Source: Eledone cirrhosa (taxonomy: Eukaryota). From it: 64,000 nt of DNA. The position numbers and the translations under genes were made by a program. The DNA is taken from assembly GCA_964016885.1 (NCBI GenBank), contig OZ024743.1:370326001-370390000 (forward strand), read 5' to 3'. The notes beneath the pieces are model-generated. The model searched no databases, was not told where the DNA came from, and worked only from the letters and a program-made list of their open reading frames with translations. Below are positions 1 through 12,402 of the stretch, piece after piece (within the stretch, counting starts at the first letter, position 1; each line of letters opens with the position of its first letter).

Positions 1-3000
1 TCTTGTCTTTCCTCAAAACTTCCTTCTTCACCAAGCTATCGTTGTCTATCTTGTCTTTCCTCAAAACTTCCTTCTTCACCAAGCTATCGTTCTCTATTTT
101 GTCTTTCCTCAAAACTTCCTTCTTCACCAAGCTATCGTTCTCTATCTTGTCTTTCCTCAAAACTTCCTTCTTCACCAAGCTATCGTTCTCTATCTTGTCT
201 TTCCTCAAAACTTCCTTCTTCAGCAAGCTATCGTTCTCTATCTTGTCTTTCCTCAAAACTTCCTTCTTCACCAAGCTATCGTTGTCTATCTTGTCTTTCC
301 TCAAAACTTCCTTCTTCACCAAGCTATCGTTCTCTATCTTGTCTTTCCTCAAAACTTCCTTCTTCACCAAGCTATCGTTCTCTATCTTGTCTTTCCTCAA
401 AACTTCCTTCTTCACCAAGCTATCGTTGTCTATCTTGTCTTTCCTCAAAACTTCCTTCATCACCAAGCTATCGTTCTCTATCTTGTCTTTCCTCAAAACT
501 TCCTTCTTCACCAAGCTATCGTTCTCTATCTTGTCTTTCCTCAAAACTTCCTTCTTCACCAAGCTATCGTTCTCTATCTTGTCTTTCCTCAAAACTTCCT
601 TCTTCACCAAGCTATCGTTCTCTATCTTGTCTTTCCTCAAAACTTCCTTCTTCACCAAGCTATCGTTCTCTATCTTGTCTTTCCTCAAAACTTCCTTCTT
701 CACCAAGCTATCGTTCTCTATCTTGTCTTTCCTCAAAACTTCCTTCTTCACCAAGCTATCGTTCTCTATCTTGTCTTTCCTCAAAACTTCCTTCTTCACC
801 AAGCTATCGTTGTCTATCTTGTCTTTCCTCAAAACTTCCTTCATCACCAAGCTATCGTTCTCTATCTTGTCTTTCCTCAAAACTTCCTTCTTCACCAAGC
901 TATCGTTCTCTATCTTGTCTTTCCTCAAAACTTCCTTCTTCACCAAGCTATCGTTCTCTATCTTGTCTTTCCTCAAAACTTCCTTCTTCACCAAGCTATC
1001 GTTCTCTATCTTGTCTTTCCTGAAAACTTCCTTCTTCACCAAGCTATCGTTCTCTATCTTGTCTTTCCTCAAAACTTCCTTCTTCACCAAGCTATCGTTC
1101 TCTATCTTGTCTTTCCTCAAAACTTCCTTCTTCACCAAGCTATCGTTGTCTATCTTGTCTTTCCTCAAAACTTCCTTCATCACCAAGCTATCGTTCTCTA
1201 TCTTGTCTTTCCTCAAAACTTCCTTCTTCACCAAGCTATCGTTCTCTATCTTGTCTTTCCTCAAAACTTCCTTCTTCACCAAGCTATCGTTCTCTATCTT
1301 GTCTTTCCTCAAAACTTCCTTCTTCACCAAGCTATCGTTCTCTATCTTGTCTTTCCTCAAAACTTCCTTCTTCACCAAGCTATCGTTCTCTATCTTGTCT
1401 TTCCTCAAAACTTCCTTCTTCACCAAGCTATCGTTCTCTATCTTGTCTTTCCTCAAAACTTCCTTCTTCACCAAGCTATCTTTGTCTATCTTTTCTTTCC
1501 TCAAAACTTCCTTCTTCACCAAGCTATCGTTGTCTATCTTGTCTTTCCTCAAAACTTCCTTCTTCACCAAGCTATCGTTGTCTATCTTGTCTTTCCTCAA
1601 AACTTCCTTCTTCACCAAGCTATCGTTGTCTATCTTGTCTTTCCTCAAAACTTCCTTCATCACCAAGCTATCGTTCTCTATCTTGTCTTTCCTCAAAACT
1701 TCCTTCTTCACCAAGCTCTCGTTCTCTATCTTGTCTTTCCTCAAAACTTCCTTCTTCACCAAGCTATCGTTGTCTATCTTGTCTTTCCTCAAAACTTCCT
1801 TCTTCACCAAGCTATCGTTCTCTATCTTGTCTTTCCTCAAAACTTCCTTCTTCACCAAGCTATCGTTCTCTATCTTGTCTTTCCTCAAAACTTCCTTCTT
1901 CACCAAGCTATCGTTCTCTATCTTGTCTTTCCTCAAAACTTCCTTCTTCACCAAGCTATCGTTCTCTATCTTGTCTTTCCTCAAAACTTCCTTCTTCACC
2001 AAGCTATCGTTGTCTATCTTGTCTTTCCTCAAAACTTCCTTCTTCACCAAGCTATCGTTCTCTATCTTGTCTTTCCTCAAAACTTCCTTCTTCACCAAGC
2101 TATCGTTGTCTATCTTGTCTTTCCTCAAAACTTCCTTCATCACCAAGCTATCGTTCTCTATCTTGTCTTTCCTCAAAACTTCCTTCATCACCAAGCTATC
2201 GTTCTCTATCTTGTCTTTCCTCAAAACTTCCTTCTTCACCAAGCTCTCGTTCTCTATCTTGTCTTTCCTCAAAACTTCCTTCTTCACCAAGCTATCGTTG
2301 TCTATCTTGTCTTTCCTCAAAACTTCCTTCTTCACCAAGCTATCGTTGTCTATCTTGTCTTTCCTCAAAACTTCCTTCTTCACCAAGCTATCGTTCTCTA
2401 TCTTGTCTTTCCTCAAAACTTCCTTCTTCACCAAGCTATCGTTCTCTATCTTGTCTTTCCTCAAAACTTCCTTCTTCACCAAGCTATCGTTCTCTATCTT
2501 GTCTTTCCTCAAAACTTCCTTCTTCACCAAGCTATCGTTGTCTATCTTGTCTTTCCTCAAAACTTCCTTCATCACCAAGCTATCGTTCTCTATCTTGTCT
2601 TTCCTCAAAACTTCCTTCATCACCAAGCTATCGTTCTCTATCTTGTCTTTCCTCAAAACTTCCTTCTTCACCAAGCTCTCGTTCTCTATCTTGTCTTTCC
2701 TCAAAACTTCCTTCTTCACCAAGCTATCGTTGTCTATCTTGTCTTTCCTCAAAACTTCCTTCTTCACCAAGCTATCGTTGTCTATCTTGTCTTTCCTCAA
2801 AACTTCCTTCTTCACCAAGCTATCGTTCTCTATCTTGTCTTTCCTCAAAACTTCCTTCTTCACCAAGCTATCGTTGTCTATCTTGTCTTTCCTCAAAACT
2901 TCCTTCTTCACCAAGCTATCGTTCTCTATCTTGTCTTTCCTCAAAACTTCCTTCTTCACCAAGCTATCGTTCTCTATCTTGTCTTTCCTCAAAACTTCCT

Positions 3001-4980
3001 TCTTCACCAAGCTATCGTTCTCTATCTTGTCTTTCCTCAAAACTTCCTTCTTCACCAAGCTATCGTTGTCTATCTTGTCTTTCCTCAAAACTTCCTTCAT
3101 CACCAAGCTATCGTTCTCTATCTTGTCTTTCCTCAAAACTTCCTTCTTCACCAAGCTATCGTTCTCTATCTTGTCTTTCCTCAAAACTTCCTTCTTCACC
3201 AAGCTATCGTTCTCTATCTTGTCTTTCCTCAAAACTTCCTTCATCACCAAGCTATCGTTCTCTATCTTGTCTTTCCTCAAAACTTCCTTCATCACCAAGC
3301 TATCGTTCTCTATCTTGTCTTTCCTCAAAACTTCCTTCTTCACCAAGCTCTCGTTCTCTATCTTGTCTTTCCTCAAAACTTCCTTCTTCACCAAGCTATC
3401 GTTGTCTATCTTGTCTTTCCTCAAAATTTCCTTTTTCACCAAGCTATCGTTCTCTATCTTGTCTTTCCTCAAAACTTCCTTCTTCACCAAGCTATCGTTC
3501 TCTATCTTGTCTTTCCTCAAAACTTCCTTCATCACCAAGCTATCGTTCTCTATCTTGTCTTTCCTCAAAACTTCCTTCTTCACCAAGCTCTCGTTCTCTA
3601 TCTTGTCTTTCCTCAAAACTTCCTTCTTCACCAAGCTATCGTTGTCTATCTTGTCTTTCCTCAAAATTTCCTTTTTCACCAAGCTATCGTTCTCTATCTT
3701 GTCTTTCCTCAAAACTTCCTTCATCACCAAGCTATCGTTCTCTATCTTGTCTTTCCTCAAAACTTCCTTCATCACCAAGCTATCGTTCTCTATCTTGTCT
3801 TTCCTCAAAACTTCCTTCTTCACCAAGCTCTCGTTCTCTATCTTGTCTTTCCTCAAAACTTCCTTCTTCACCAAGCTATCGTTGTCTATCTTGTCTTTCC
3901 TCAAAATTTCCTTTTTCACCAAGCTATCGTTCTCTATCTTGTCTTTCCTCAAAACTTCCTTCTTCACCAAGCTATCGTTGTCTATCTTGTCTTTCCTCAA
4001 AATTTCCTTTTTCACCAAGCTATCGTTCTCTATCTTGTCTTTCCTCAAAACTTCCTTCTTCACCAAGCTATCGTTCTCTATCTTGTCTTTCCTCAAAACT
4101 TCCTTCTTCACCAAGCTATCGTTGTCTATCTTGTCTTTCCTCAAAACTTCCTTCTTCACCAAGCTATCGTTCTCTATCTTGTCTTTCCTCAAAACTTCCT
4201 TCTTCACCAAGCTCTCGTTCTCTATCTTGTCTTTCCTCAAAACTTCCTTCTTCACCAAGCTATCGTTGTCTATCTTGTCTTTCCTCAAAACTTCCTTCTT
4301 CACCAAGCTATCGTTGTCTATCTTGTCTTTCCTCAAAACTTCCTTCTTCACCAAGCTATCGTTCTCTATCTTGTCTTTCCTCAAAACTTCCTTCTTCACC
4401 AAGCTATCGTTCTCTATCTTGTCTTTCCTCAAAATTTCCTTTTTCACCAAGCTATCGTTCTCTATCTTGTCTTTCCTCAAAACTTCCTTCTTCACCAAGC
4501 TATCGTTGTCTATCTTGTCTTTCCTCAAAACTTCCTTCTTCACCAAGCTATCGTTCTCTATCTTGTCTTTCCTCAAAACTTCCTTCTTCACCAAGCTATC
4601 GTTCTCTATCTTGTCTTTCCTCAAAACTTCCTTCTTCAGCAAGCTATCGTTCTCTATCTTGTCTTTCCTCAAAACTTCCTTCTTCACCAAGCTATCGTTG
4701 TCTATCTTGTCTTTCCTCAAAACTTCCTTCTTCACCAAGCTATCGTTCTCTATCTTGTCTTTCCTCAAAACTTCCTTCTTCACCAAGCTATCGTTCTCTA
4801 TCTTGTCTTTCCTCAAAACTTCCTTCTTCAGCAAGCTATCGTTCTCTATCTTGTCTTTCCTCAAAACTTCCTTCTTCACCAAGCTATCGTTCTCTATCTT
4901 GTCTTTCCTCAAAACTTCCTTCTTCACCAAGCTATCGTTCTCTATCTTGTCTTTCCTCAAAACTTCCTTCTTCACCAAGC
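1..4980. repeat. 48-bp tandem array (~104 units, runs off the left edge)
   Basis: Unit TCTTGTCTTTCCTCAAAACTTCCTTCTTCACCAAGCTATCGTTCTCTA repeated with only point variants and no visible indels. Confidence 0.98.
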
Positions 4981-5047
4981 CGTTAGTGAGAGTCTCGCTT
5001 TCCTTTTCGTCTTCTTCACGTAGTGAAAGCAGGCAAAGTCCTTTCCA
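1..5047 (-). CDS. Putative repeat-coding exon/ORF, charged 16-aa repeat IENDSLVKKEVLRKDK (continues beyond the window)
   Basis: Minus frame is open from just after a TGA at 5050-5048 to the window edge and reads WKGLCLLSLREEDEKESETLTNGLVKKEVLRKDK(IENDSLVKKEVLRKDK)n. No ATG start or clear splice site precedes the array. Confidence 0.3.
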
Positions 5048-8000
5048 TCAGCGGTGGTCGAGAAGCGGCTGCTGCTCATGCATTTGGCAATATCGACAAC
5101 AAAGGAGGTAGCAGCAGCAGCAGCAGTAACAATAACACCACCAGTGGTAGCAGCAGCAGCAGCAGTAATAATAACACCACCAGTGGTAGCAGCTGCGGCA
5201 GCAGTAGCAATAACACCACCAGTGGTAGCAGCAGCAGCAGCAGTAGCAATAACACCACCAGTGGTAGCAGCAGCAGCAGCAGTAATAATAACACCACCAG
5301 TGGTAGCAGCTGCGGCAGCAGTAGCAATAACACCACCAGTGGTAGCAGCAGCAGCAGCAGTAACAATAACACCACCAGTGGTAGCAGCAGCAGCAGCAGT
5401 AACAATAACACCACCAGAGGTAGCAGCAGCAGCAGCAGTAATAATAACACCACCAGTGGTAGCAGCTGCGGCAGCAGTAACAATAACACCACCAGTGGTA
5501 GCAGCAGCAGCAGTAGCAATAACACCACCAGTGGTAGCAGCAGCAGCAGCAGTAACAATAACACCACCAGTGGTAGCAGCAGCAGCAGCAGTAGCAATAA
5601 CACCACCAGTGGTAGCAGCAGCAGCAGCAGTAGCAATAACACCACCAGTGGTAGCAGCTGCGGCAGCAGTAACAATAACACCACCAGTGGTAGCAGCAGC
5701 AGCAGCAGTAACAATAACACCACCAGTGGTAGCAGCAGCAGCAGCAGTAACAATAACACCACCAGTGGTAGCAGCTGCGGCAGCAGTAGCAATAACACCA
5801 CCAGTGGTAGCAGCTGCAGCAGCAGTAGCAATAACACCACCAGTGGTAGCAGCAGCAGCAGCAGTAGCAATAACACCACCAGTGGTAGCAGCTGCGGCAG
5901 CAGTAACAATAACACCACCAGTGGTAGCAGCAGCAGCAGCAGTAGCAATAACACCACCAGTGGTAGCAGCTGCGGCAGCAGTAACAATAACACCACCAGT
6001 GGTAGCAGCAGCAGCAGCAGTAGCAATAACACCACCAGTGGTAGCAGCAGCAGCAGCAGTAGCAATAACACCACCAGTGGTAGCAGCTGCGGCAGCAGTA
6101 ACAATAACACCACCAGTGGTAGCAGCAGCAGCAGCAGTAGCAATAACACCACCAGTGGTAGCAGCTGCGGCAGCAGTAACAATAACACCACCAGTGGTAG
6201 CAGCAGCAGCAGCAGTAGCAATAACACCACCAGTGGTAGCAGCTGCAGCAGCAGTAACAATAACACCACCAGTGGTAGCAGCTGCGGCAGCAGTATCAAT
6301 AACACCACCAGTGGTAGCAGCTGCGGCAGCAGCAGTAACAATAACACCACCAGTGGTAGCAGCAGCAGCAGTAACAATAACACCACCAGTGGTAGCAGCA
6401 GCAGCAGTAGCAATAACACCACCAGTGGTAGCAGCAGCAGCAGTAGCAATAACACCACCAGTGGTAGCTGCAGCAGCAGTAGCAATAACACCACCAGTGG
6501 TAGCAGCAGCAGCAGCAGTAACAATAACACCACCAGTGGTAGCAGCAGCAGCAGCAGTAGCAATAACACCACCAGTGGTAGCAGCAGCAGCAGCAGTAGC
6601 AATAACACCACCAGTGGTAGCAGCAGCAGCAGTAGCAGCAGTAACAATAACACCACCAGTGGTAGCAGCTGCGGCAGCAGTAGCAATAACACCACCAGTG
6701 GTAGCAGCAGCAGCAGCAGTAACAATAACACCACCAGTGGTAGCAGCAGCAGCAGCAGTAACAATAACACCACCAGTGGTAGCAGCTGCGGCAGCAGTAG
6801 CAATAACACCACCAGTGGTAGCAGCAGCAGCAGCAGTAACAATAACACCACCAGTGGTAGCAGCAGCAGCAGCAGTAGCAATAACACCACCAGTGGTAGC
6901 AGCAGCAGCAGCAGTAGCAATAACACCACCAGTGGTAGCAGCAGTAGCAGTAGCAGCAGTAACAATAACACCACCAGTGGTAGCAGCAGCTGCGGCAGCA
7001 GTAACAATAACACCACCAGTGGTAGCAGCAGCAGCAGCAGCAGTAATAATAACACCACCAGTGGTAGCAGCAGCAGCAGCAGCAGTAACAATAACACCAC
7101 CAGTGGTAGCAGCAGCAGCAGCAGCAGTAACAATAACACCACCAGTGGTAGCAGCAGCAGCAGCAGTAGCAATAACACCACCAGTGGTAGCAGCTGCGGC
7201 AGCACTAACAATAACACCACCAGTGGTAGCAGCAGCAGCAGTAGCAATAACACCACCAGTGGTAGCAGCAGCAGCAGCAGTAATAATAACACCACCAGTG
7301 GTTGCAGCTGCGGCAGCAGTAATAATAACACCACCAGTGGTAGCAGCAGCAGCAGCAGTAGCAATAACACCACCAGTGGTAGCAGCAGCAGCAGCAGTAA
7401 CAATAACACCACCAGTGGTTGCAGCTGCGGCAGCAGTAATAATAACACCACCAGTGGTAGCAGCAGCAGCAGTAGCAATAACACCACCAGTGGTAGCAGC
7501 AGCAGCAGCAGTAACAATAACACCACCAGTGGTTGCAGCTGCGGCAGCAGTAATAATAACACCACCAGTGGTAGCAGCATCAGCAGCAGCAGTAACAATA
7601 ACACCACCAGTGGTAGCAGCAGCAGCAGCAACAACATTAACAAGACCAGTAGCAGCAGTCGCGGTAGCAACAATGGTGTCGCTGAAAAAAGGACCATCTC
7701 TTTTGCTAGGGTGGCACGCAACGTAGAGACAGTCCTGATCACAGAGAAGGAGAGGGCGGTGTCAAGTCACATGGTAAGCAGAACTGAATTTTCAGTCTCC
7801 TTAAAACCACCAACTGACTTCCTGGAGGAAGAAGAGCGACGCACAGTGTCATACCGCACATTTGACACGAAATCGCGTCGTGTCGAGAGAGCCATGGAAG
7901 CACAAATTCAAAAGGCCTTAGGGACTGTGTGGGCACGGAAAACCCACATCACCTGAGGTAAGAAGTATGCTACCGTAGACGTCCTTTTTGCTGCCAGCCA

Positions 8001-8884
8001 GGAAGCAAAATCACTCATTGAAAACCCTGCGGAATTATGAAATAACGTTAGTCCCTTTCTACTGCGGGAAAAAATTTTCAAAGGTCAGGGTGACCCAGGT
8101 CCCGCCCAAATACCCGTGCCTTGGCTGGTTGTATCTGTCCTTGCGGGCATCGAGGACAAAACAACCATTCTGCAGGTACAGAAGTTGGAGAGAGAGGATT
8201 GGTACGGTATTGGAAAGGAGATGCTCATCCAAACCGACCAGGATTGCATCAGTGCTATTCCCGACATAATAGACCTCGAGAATGGCTCCCAACCTCCCAT
8301 ATCTGTGTGGAAGGAAGGCGCCCCCAAAGTGTTACAGGTATGGATCAAAGTCTCACCTCAGGGCTTTCTGCCTACAGAAGATAACAAAAGCGAAGGTCCC
8401 CCTCCTTCCAACGCCGGAACCGCTGCCATCAGAAACAGGGCAGGCAGCGAGGATGTCGGCAAATTCTACAGAGAGTAGGAGGACAACGTCCGTGACACCC
8501 ATACCAAAGCCACGGATAACAAAAACAGCGGCGGCAATGTCAGCAACAGAAACAGTTGCACTAGCTGCACCTGTCCCAAGAACGGCAGACCAGGCTCCAC
8601 CACCAACAACAACCACAACACCAGCACCAGCATTACCACAACCACCAACATCTCAAACACAACAAAGCACACACATCCAACAGCAACAACAAGAAAATAG
8701 CAACAAAACAAAGCTCCTCCCGCCAAAAATTGACAGCCATAAACAGTGCAAACAAAGAATTAATTTAACATATAAAGCAGCACACAGACATTACAGACAA
8801 AAATTACTACACCCCACCAACACCAAGAATATTACCAAAATATATAAACAGTCGAAATTAAACTGGAACATAATAAACATTTAA
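5023..8884 (+). pseudogene. LINE ORF1 (gag-like) with stops and frameshifts
   Basis: Track ORFs 5023-7956, 8116-8478 and 8282-8884 join across disruptions. SFARVA motif, degenerate zinc knuckle CYRYGSKSHLRAFC (CX2CX4HX4C-like) and a T/Q/P-rich tail, upstream of APE. Confidence 0.7.
5107..7660. repeat. Triplet-based minisatellite, unit ~36-45 bp: AGTGGT(AGC)nAGT(AAC/AGC)AATAACACCACC
   Basis: Directly visible. Unit length varies only by AGC triplets. Confidence 0.95.
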
Positions 8885-9055
8885 AACAAAAATTCCCCAA
8901 CTGCGTTGGGAATTTCAGGAGTCAATCTCCAAGAGAATATACATAGATATCAACCTGGAGACAACCATAACCAGCCGAAGGGACGGTTCGGCTGTCCCTT
9001 CACCACACGATCAAGGTAAGTTATCCTTTCTCACTTACCCCGTTCCTCACCCAGC

Positions 9056-10110
9056 ATGGCCGTACTTAGAATAGGCAGTGTAAATGTACGTGGCCTGTTT
9101 AACGATCTCAGATCACTAAACATTGATGTGGTAGCCATCAGCGAGACCAGAATCTCCGAAGCACGAGCCTTCGCACTGATCTTCGGCAGCTACGATGTCT
9201 ACACATCTCCCAGCCGTCCGGGAGCGCGGGGAGTAGTTGCTCTGCTTTTTCGGAGAGGCTTGGATCTCACCATATGGGCCACCTTCCTGGACCCAGAAGA
9301 TAAGTCAGTGGTGCTGGACGTGACCGGCAGCGAAGGCAATACTTTCAGGCTAGTAGCCGTCTACGCCCCGACAGGGACAGGACGGCCAGATTTTTTCAGA
9401 CGTCTAGAGACCTTTCTTGGAACGTCCCGCTCCTTAGTGTTAGTGGGCGACTGGAACGGTATCTTAGATGCACGCTGGGATTATGTGGGGCTAGTAGACA
9501 GAGGAGGAGGATGTAAAAGCCTCAACAACCTGCTCAGACGTTATGAACAGTCTGACAGGTATAGACTGGATTATCTGAATGTGCGAATGTGGACATGGGC
9601 AAACCGCATTGGGTCATCCAGATCGTATTTAGATAGGGTATTCTGTAGGGAAACAGATAAGGCTAGTGTAGGTTGTCCACAATTTAAAGTAGTCGACCAC
9701 ATGGACCACAAATTTGTGATCTGTGAAGTTGACTTGGATAGACTCCATAGGCAAGGGCCCGGTCAATTAAAGATGAACGCGTAGTTCCCGGCGCGCAATG
9801 CTTTCAGAGACAGGATTAGCGAATTAGTTAAGCCTGCGTTGACGGGTGCGATCGTCAACAACAGGTAGTGGCTTACTCTGAAAAGGGCTAAGAGTAGAAT
9901 CGATAAGGTTTAGCAAAGGAGTAGCGATAGAGAAAAATAGAGTAGCGGGTGAGCTAGTTAGAAAGCTAGAAGAGGCGGTTAAGAAAGGCATCGCAACCGA
10001 CGTACTTGCGGCGAGATTGTACTCGACCAAGTTTGTTGACCGGTGGGTGAAAGTAGCGAATCTGGTCCGAGTAAACGGGCCCGTTCTGAGTATGCGCCTG
10101 TGCCTGAGGA
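9056..10110 (+). pseudogene. LINE ORF2 remnant: APE endonuclease and linker fused to the extreme C-terminus
   Basis: APE motifs SVNVRGL, ISET, VYAP, GDWN, YLDRVF and DHKFV. In-frame stops after 9784. Confidence 0.88.
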
Positions 10111-10813
10111 GTGGGAGAACTGAGAGAGAGAGTGCTTTCTCTGGTGGTCAGAGTGGCCGTGGTCTTTTGTGTGGTTTTCACCATGAGTGACCCTCGGAGG
10201 TTCCCCCTTTTTGGGGAATGTTTGTTGTTTGAATTCATTTTGATTTGTTTTTACACATTTCTATTTTCTTGTTATAACCTTTTTACACGGCCAAAACCCA
10301 CTTTGTATCGTCCTGTACCCTTCTGTACCGTCTGTAATGTTTTTCTTCATGTTAGCTCTTGTGGCCAATAAGGCAACCATTATTATTATTATAACAGTCC
10401 CACTACAAGTTATATATATATATGCATTTTTTATATATTTTTTAATATATTTTTTTTTCTATATTCTGCATACATTCTTTTATACATCATGCATGCATCT
10501 ACGATATACGGTCTGGGCATACCCTTTACGTTAATACCATGAACTCCCCATATGTAGCCTTTCTTGAGGTGTCTATACGCGGATTTATCCACGTTGGCAG
10601 CATATCAACTCCGTCTGCATGCACAACCCAATGTGTATCCTTATATGCCTTTCTTACATGTATTTTTTGTACATTCTTTTATGTGTGTGTAGATGTGTGT
10701 ACATAAATGTATACATATGTGTAAGAATATATGTGCGAGTCTGTATGTGTGTGTATGCACACGTGCAGGAGGAGGAGAAAAAATGTATTGTGGTATGTGT
10801 GTGTGTATGTATG

Positions 10814-10895
<82 letters not shown>

Positions 10896-10897
10896 TA

Positions 10898-11420
10898 TTA
10901 GAATTGGTGCTCTGAAATAGCGATATATATATGAATGTATATATAGTATATTTTGCAATACATTGTATGCGTAATTAAAAGCATTTCGAAGACCTTACGC
11001 TATTGTTTTTAGAGTAGTGACAGTCTCACTTACTTTAATTTTCAGCAAACATTTAAGCATACAGTGTATTGCAAAATACACTATATACACATTCATATAT
11101 ACATCGCTATTTCAGAGCACCAATTCTAATTTTCAATTTCTGCTTGACCGGCAACCGCTCTGTATAATCAGTTCCTGATTATTACTAGAATTCTATAAGA
11201 ATCAAACATTCATGATTTTCAGCAAACGGGAGGAGTAGTTAGCTTTAATAAGCACCAAAAAGTGCGAAACAGAGCTCTGTCAGCTTTATCTCCCCTGTTT
11301 GCTGAAAATTAAAGTAAGTCAGACTGTCAGTACTCTGAAACAATAGCGTAAGGTCTTCGAAATGCTTTTAATTAAGCATACAGTGTATTGCAAAATACAC
11401 TGTATATACATTCATATATA
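10898..11420 (+). mobile_element. Non-autonomous PLE/retrozyme-like element: ~319-bp unit with terminal redundancy plus an inverted 5' partial copy
   Basis: Direct repeat 11053-11100 / 11372-11420. Segment 10898-11050 is an inverted copy of unit sequences. Contains a hammerhead-like motif and follows a (TA)n tract. Confidence 0.6.
11241..11285 (+). ncRNA. Type I hammerhead ribozyme-like motif, catalytic core decayed
   Basis: AGCT-TTAATAA(for CTGATGA)-GCAC CAAAAA GTGC-GAAA-CAGAGCTCTG (palindromic stem III)-TC-AGCT. Stem I extends ~11216-11308. Confidence 0.55.
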
Positions 11421-11866
11421 TGAGTGTATGTATGTGTGTGCGTATATGTATATGTATATGTATGTATATATGCGTGTGTGTGTGTATGTATATGTATACA
11501 TGTGTGTAGACGTATGTGTGTGGACGTGTGAGTGGGTGTGTATATATATACATATGTATGTGTGTGTGTATGTATGCATATATATGTGCATATGTGTTTG
11601 CGTAAATGTATGTGTATATATATCTGTGAGTGTATGTGTATGTATATGTACGGATGCGTACGTCTGTGTATCTATATATACGGGTGCGTGTATGTGTGTG
11701 TGTCTGTGTATATGCGTGCGTATATAAATGCGCGTATGTGCGTGTGTGCCTCTCTGTGGGCATGTATGCGTATATTTGTGTGACTATTTATGTGTGTGAA
11801 CGTAAGCACACACAAACTACTCTGTATGTATCTGTCAGTATCTGTGTGTGTGTGTGCGAGTGGGAG

Positions 11867-12295
11867 TGTAAGCTGACAAACAGCAGTAATTCTGTCGACG
11901 GAGCAGTGGGCTAGTGACATCTCACGCACTGACGGTCAGCGGGCTGATACCATTGGTCAGAATAAGGATGACGTCACTAACCAGTGACCAACCCAAGGAC
12001 GCACAAAGCGAATGAAGGTGGCCGATATAGGCTTCTAGAGCCAGAAAACCCAAGAAAGAGGATATGATCCGAAATCAATAGACGTGTCCAAGAAACCTGC
12101 AAGACTAGAGTCAGGTCGATCCACACACAGATCGCACCTCGAGCTGCTCGCCGGGGAAACAATTGTAACACAATATATTGAGTTCCGATGCATCACTGAT
12201 TTTTCGTTTACCATTCTATCATACTCTTCTCCGTAGGAGCATAGAGTGCTCCACTGGCATACCGCCCATGGAAGCATCTTAGCTACCATTAGACA
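11867..12295. mobile_element. Possible solo LTR / unclassified interspersed repeat
   Basis: GC-richer island between microsatellites with TG...CA ends, ATTGG at 11952 and TGACGTCA at 11969. No TSD seen. Confidence 0.3.
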
Positions 12296-12303
12296 TTTAT
12301 ATA

Positions 12304-12355
<52 letters not shown>

Positions 12356-12402
12356 AGTTTATCCCGGGTTCGATCGGGGGTAACCACAGTAAGTAAGGTA
12401 CT

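Larger units (their letters stand above)
5023..10393 (+). mobile_element. Tx1/L1-like LINE, degenerate, with internal deletion of the RT domain
   Basis: Gag-like ORF1 remnants, then an APE endonuclease at 9056, then directly the ORF2 C-terminus (KFVDRWVKVANLVRVNGP). The 3' UTR matches the copy at 63409-64000. Ends in AATAAG plus (ATT)n. The 5' boundary is uncertain. Confidence 0.8.

Noticed and set aside
1-4980. CRISPR-like array
   Set aside because: No unique spacers, no cas genes, eukaryotic context.
3-5111. 1702-aa + strand ORF (SFLKTSFFTKLSFSIL)n
   Set aside because: Stop-free frame of a 48-bp unit with implausible F/S/L composition. The minus frame fits the unique flank better.
5054-7742. 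Poly-Ala/Pro (+), poly-Leu (-) and antifreeze-like TAAAAAT (-) frames
   Set aside because: By-products of a triplet repeat that is open in several frames. Only the Ser/Asn frame connects to recognisable ORF1 sequence.
10619-11929. YI/VC-rich ORFs (also at 21.0-21.5, 22.3 and 26.4-27.3 kb)
   Set aside because: Translations of (TA)n, (TG)n, (TACA)n and (GA)n microsatellites.
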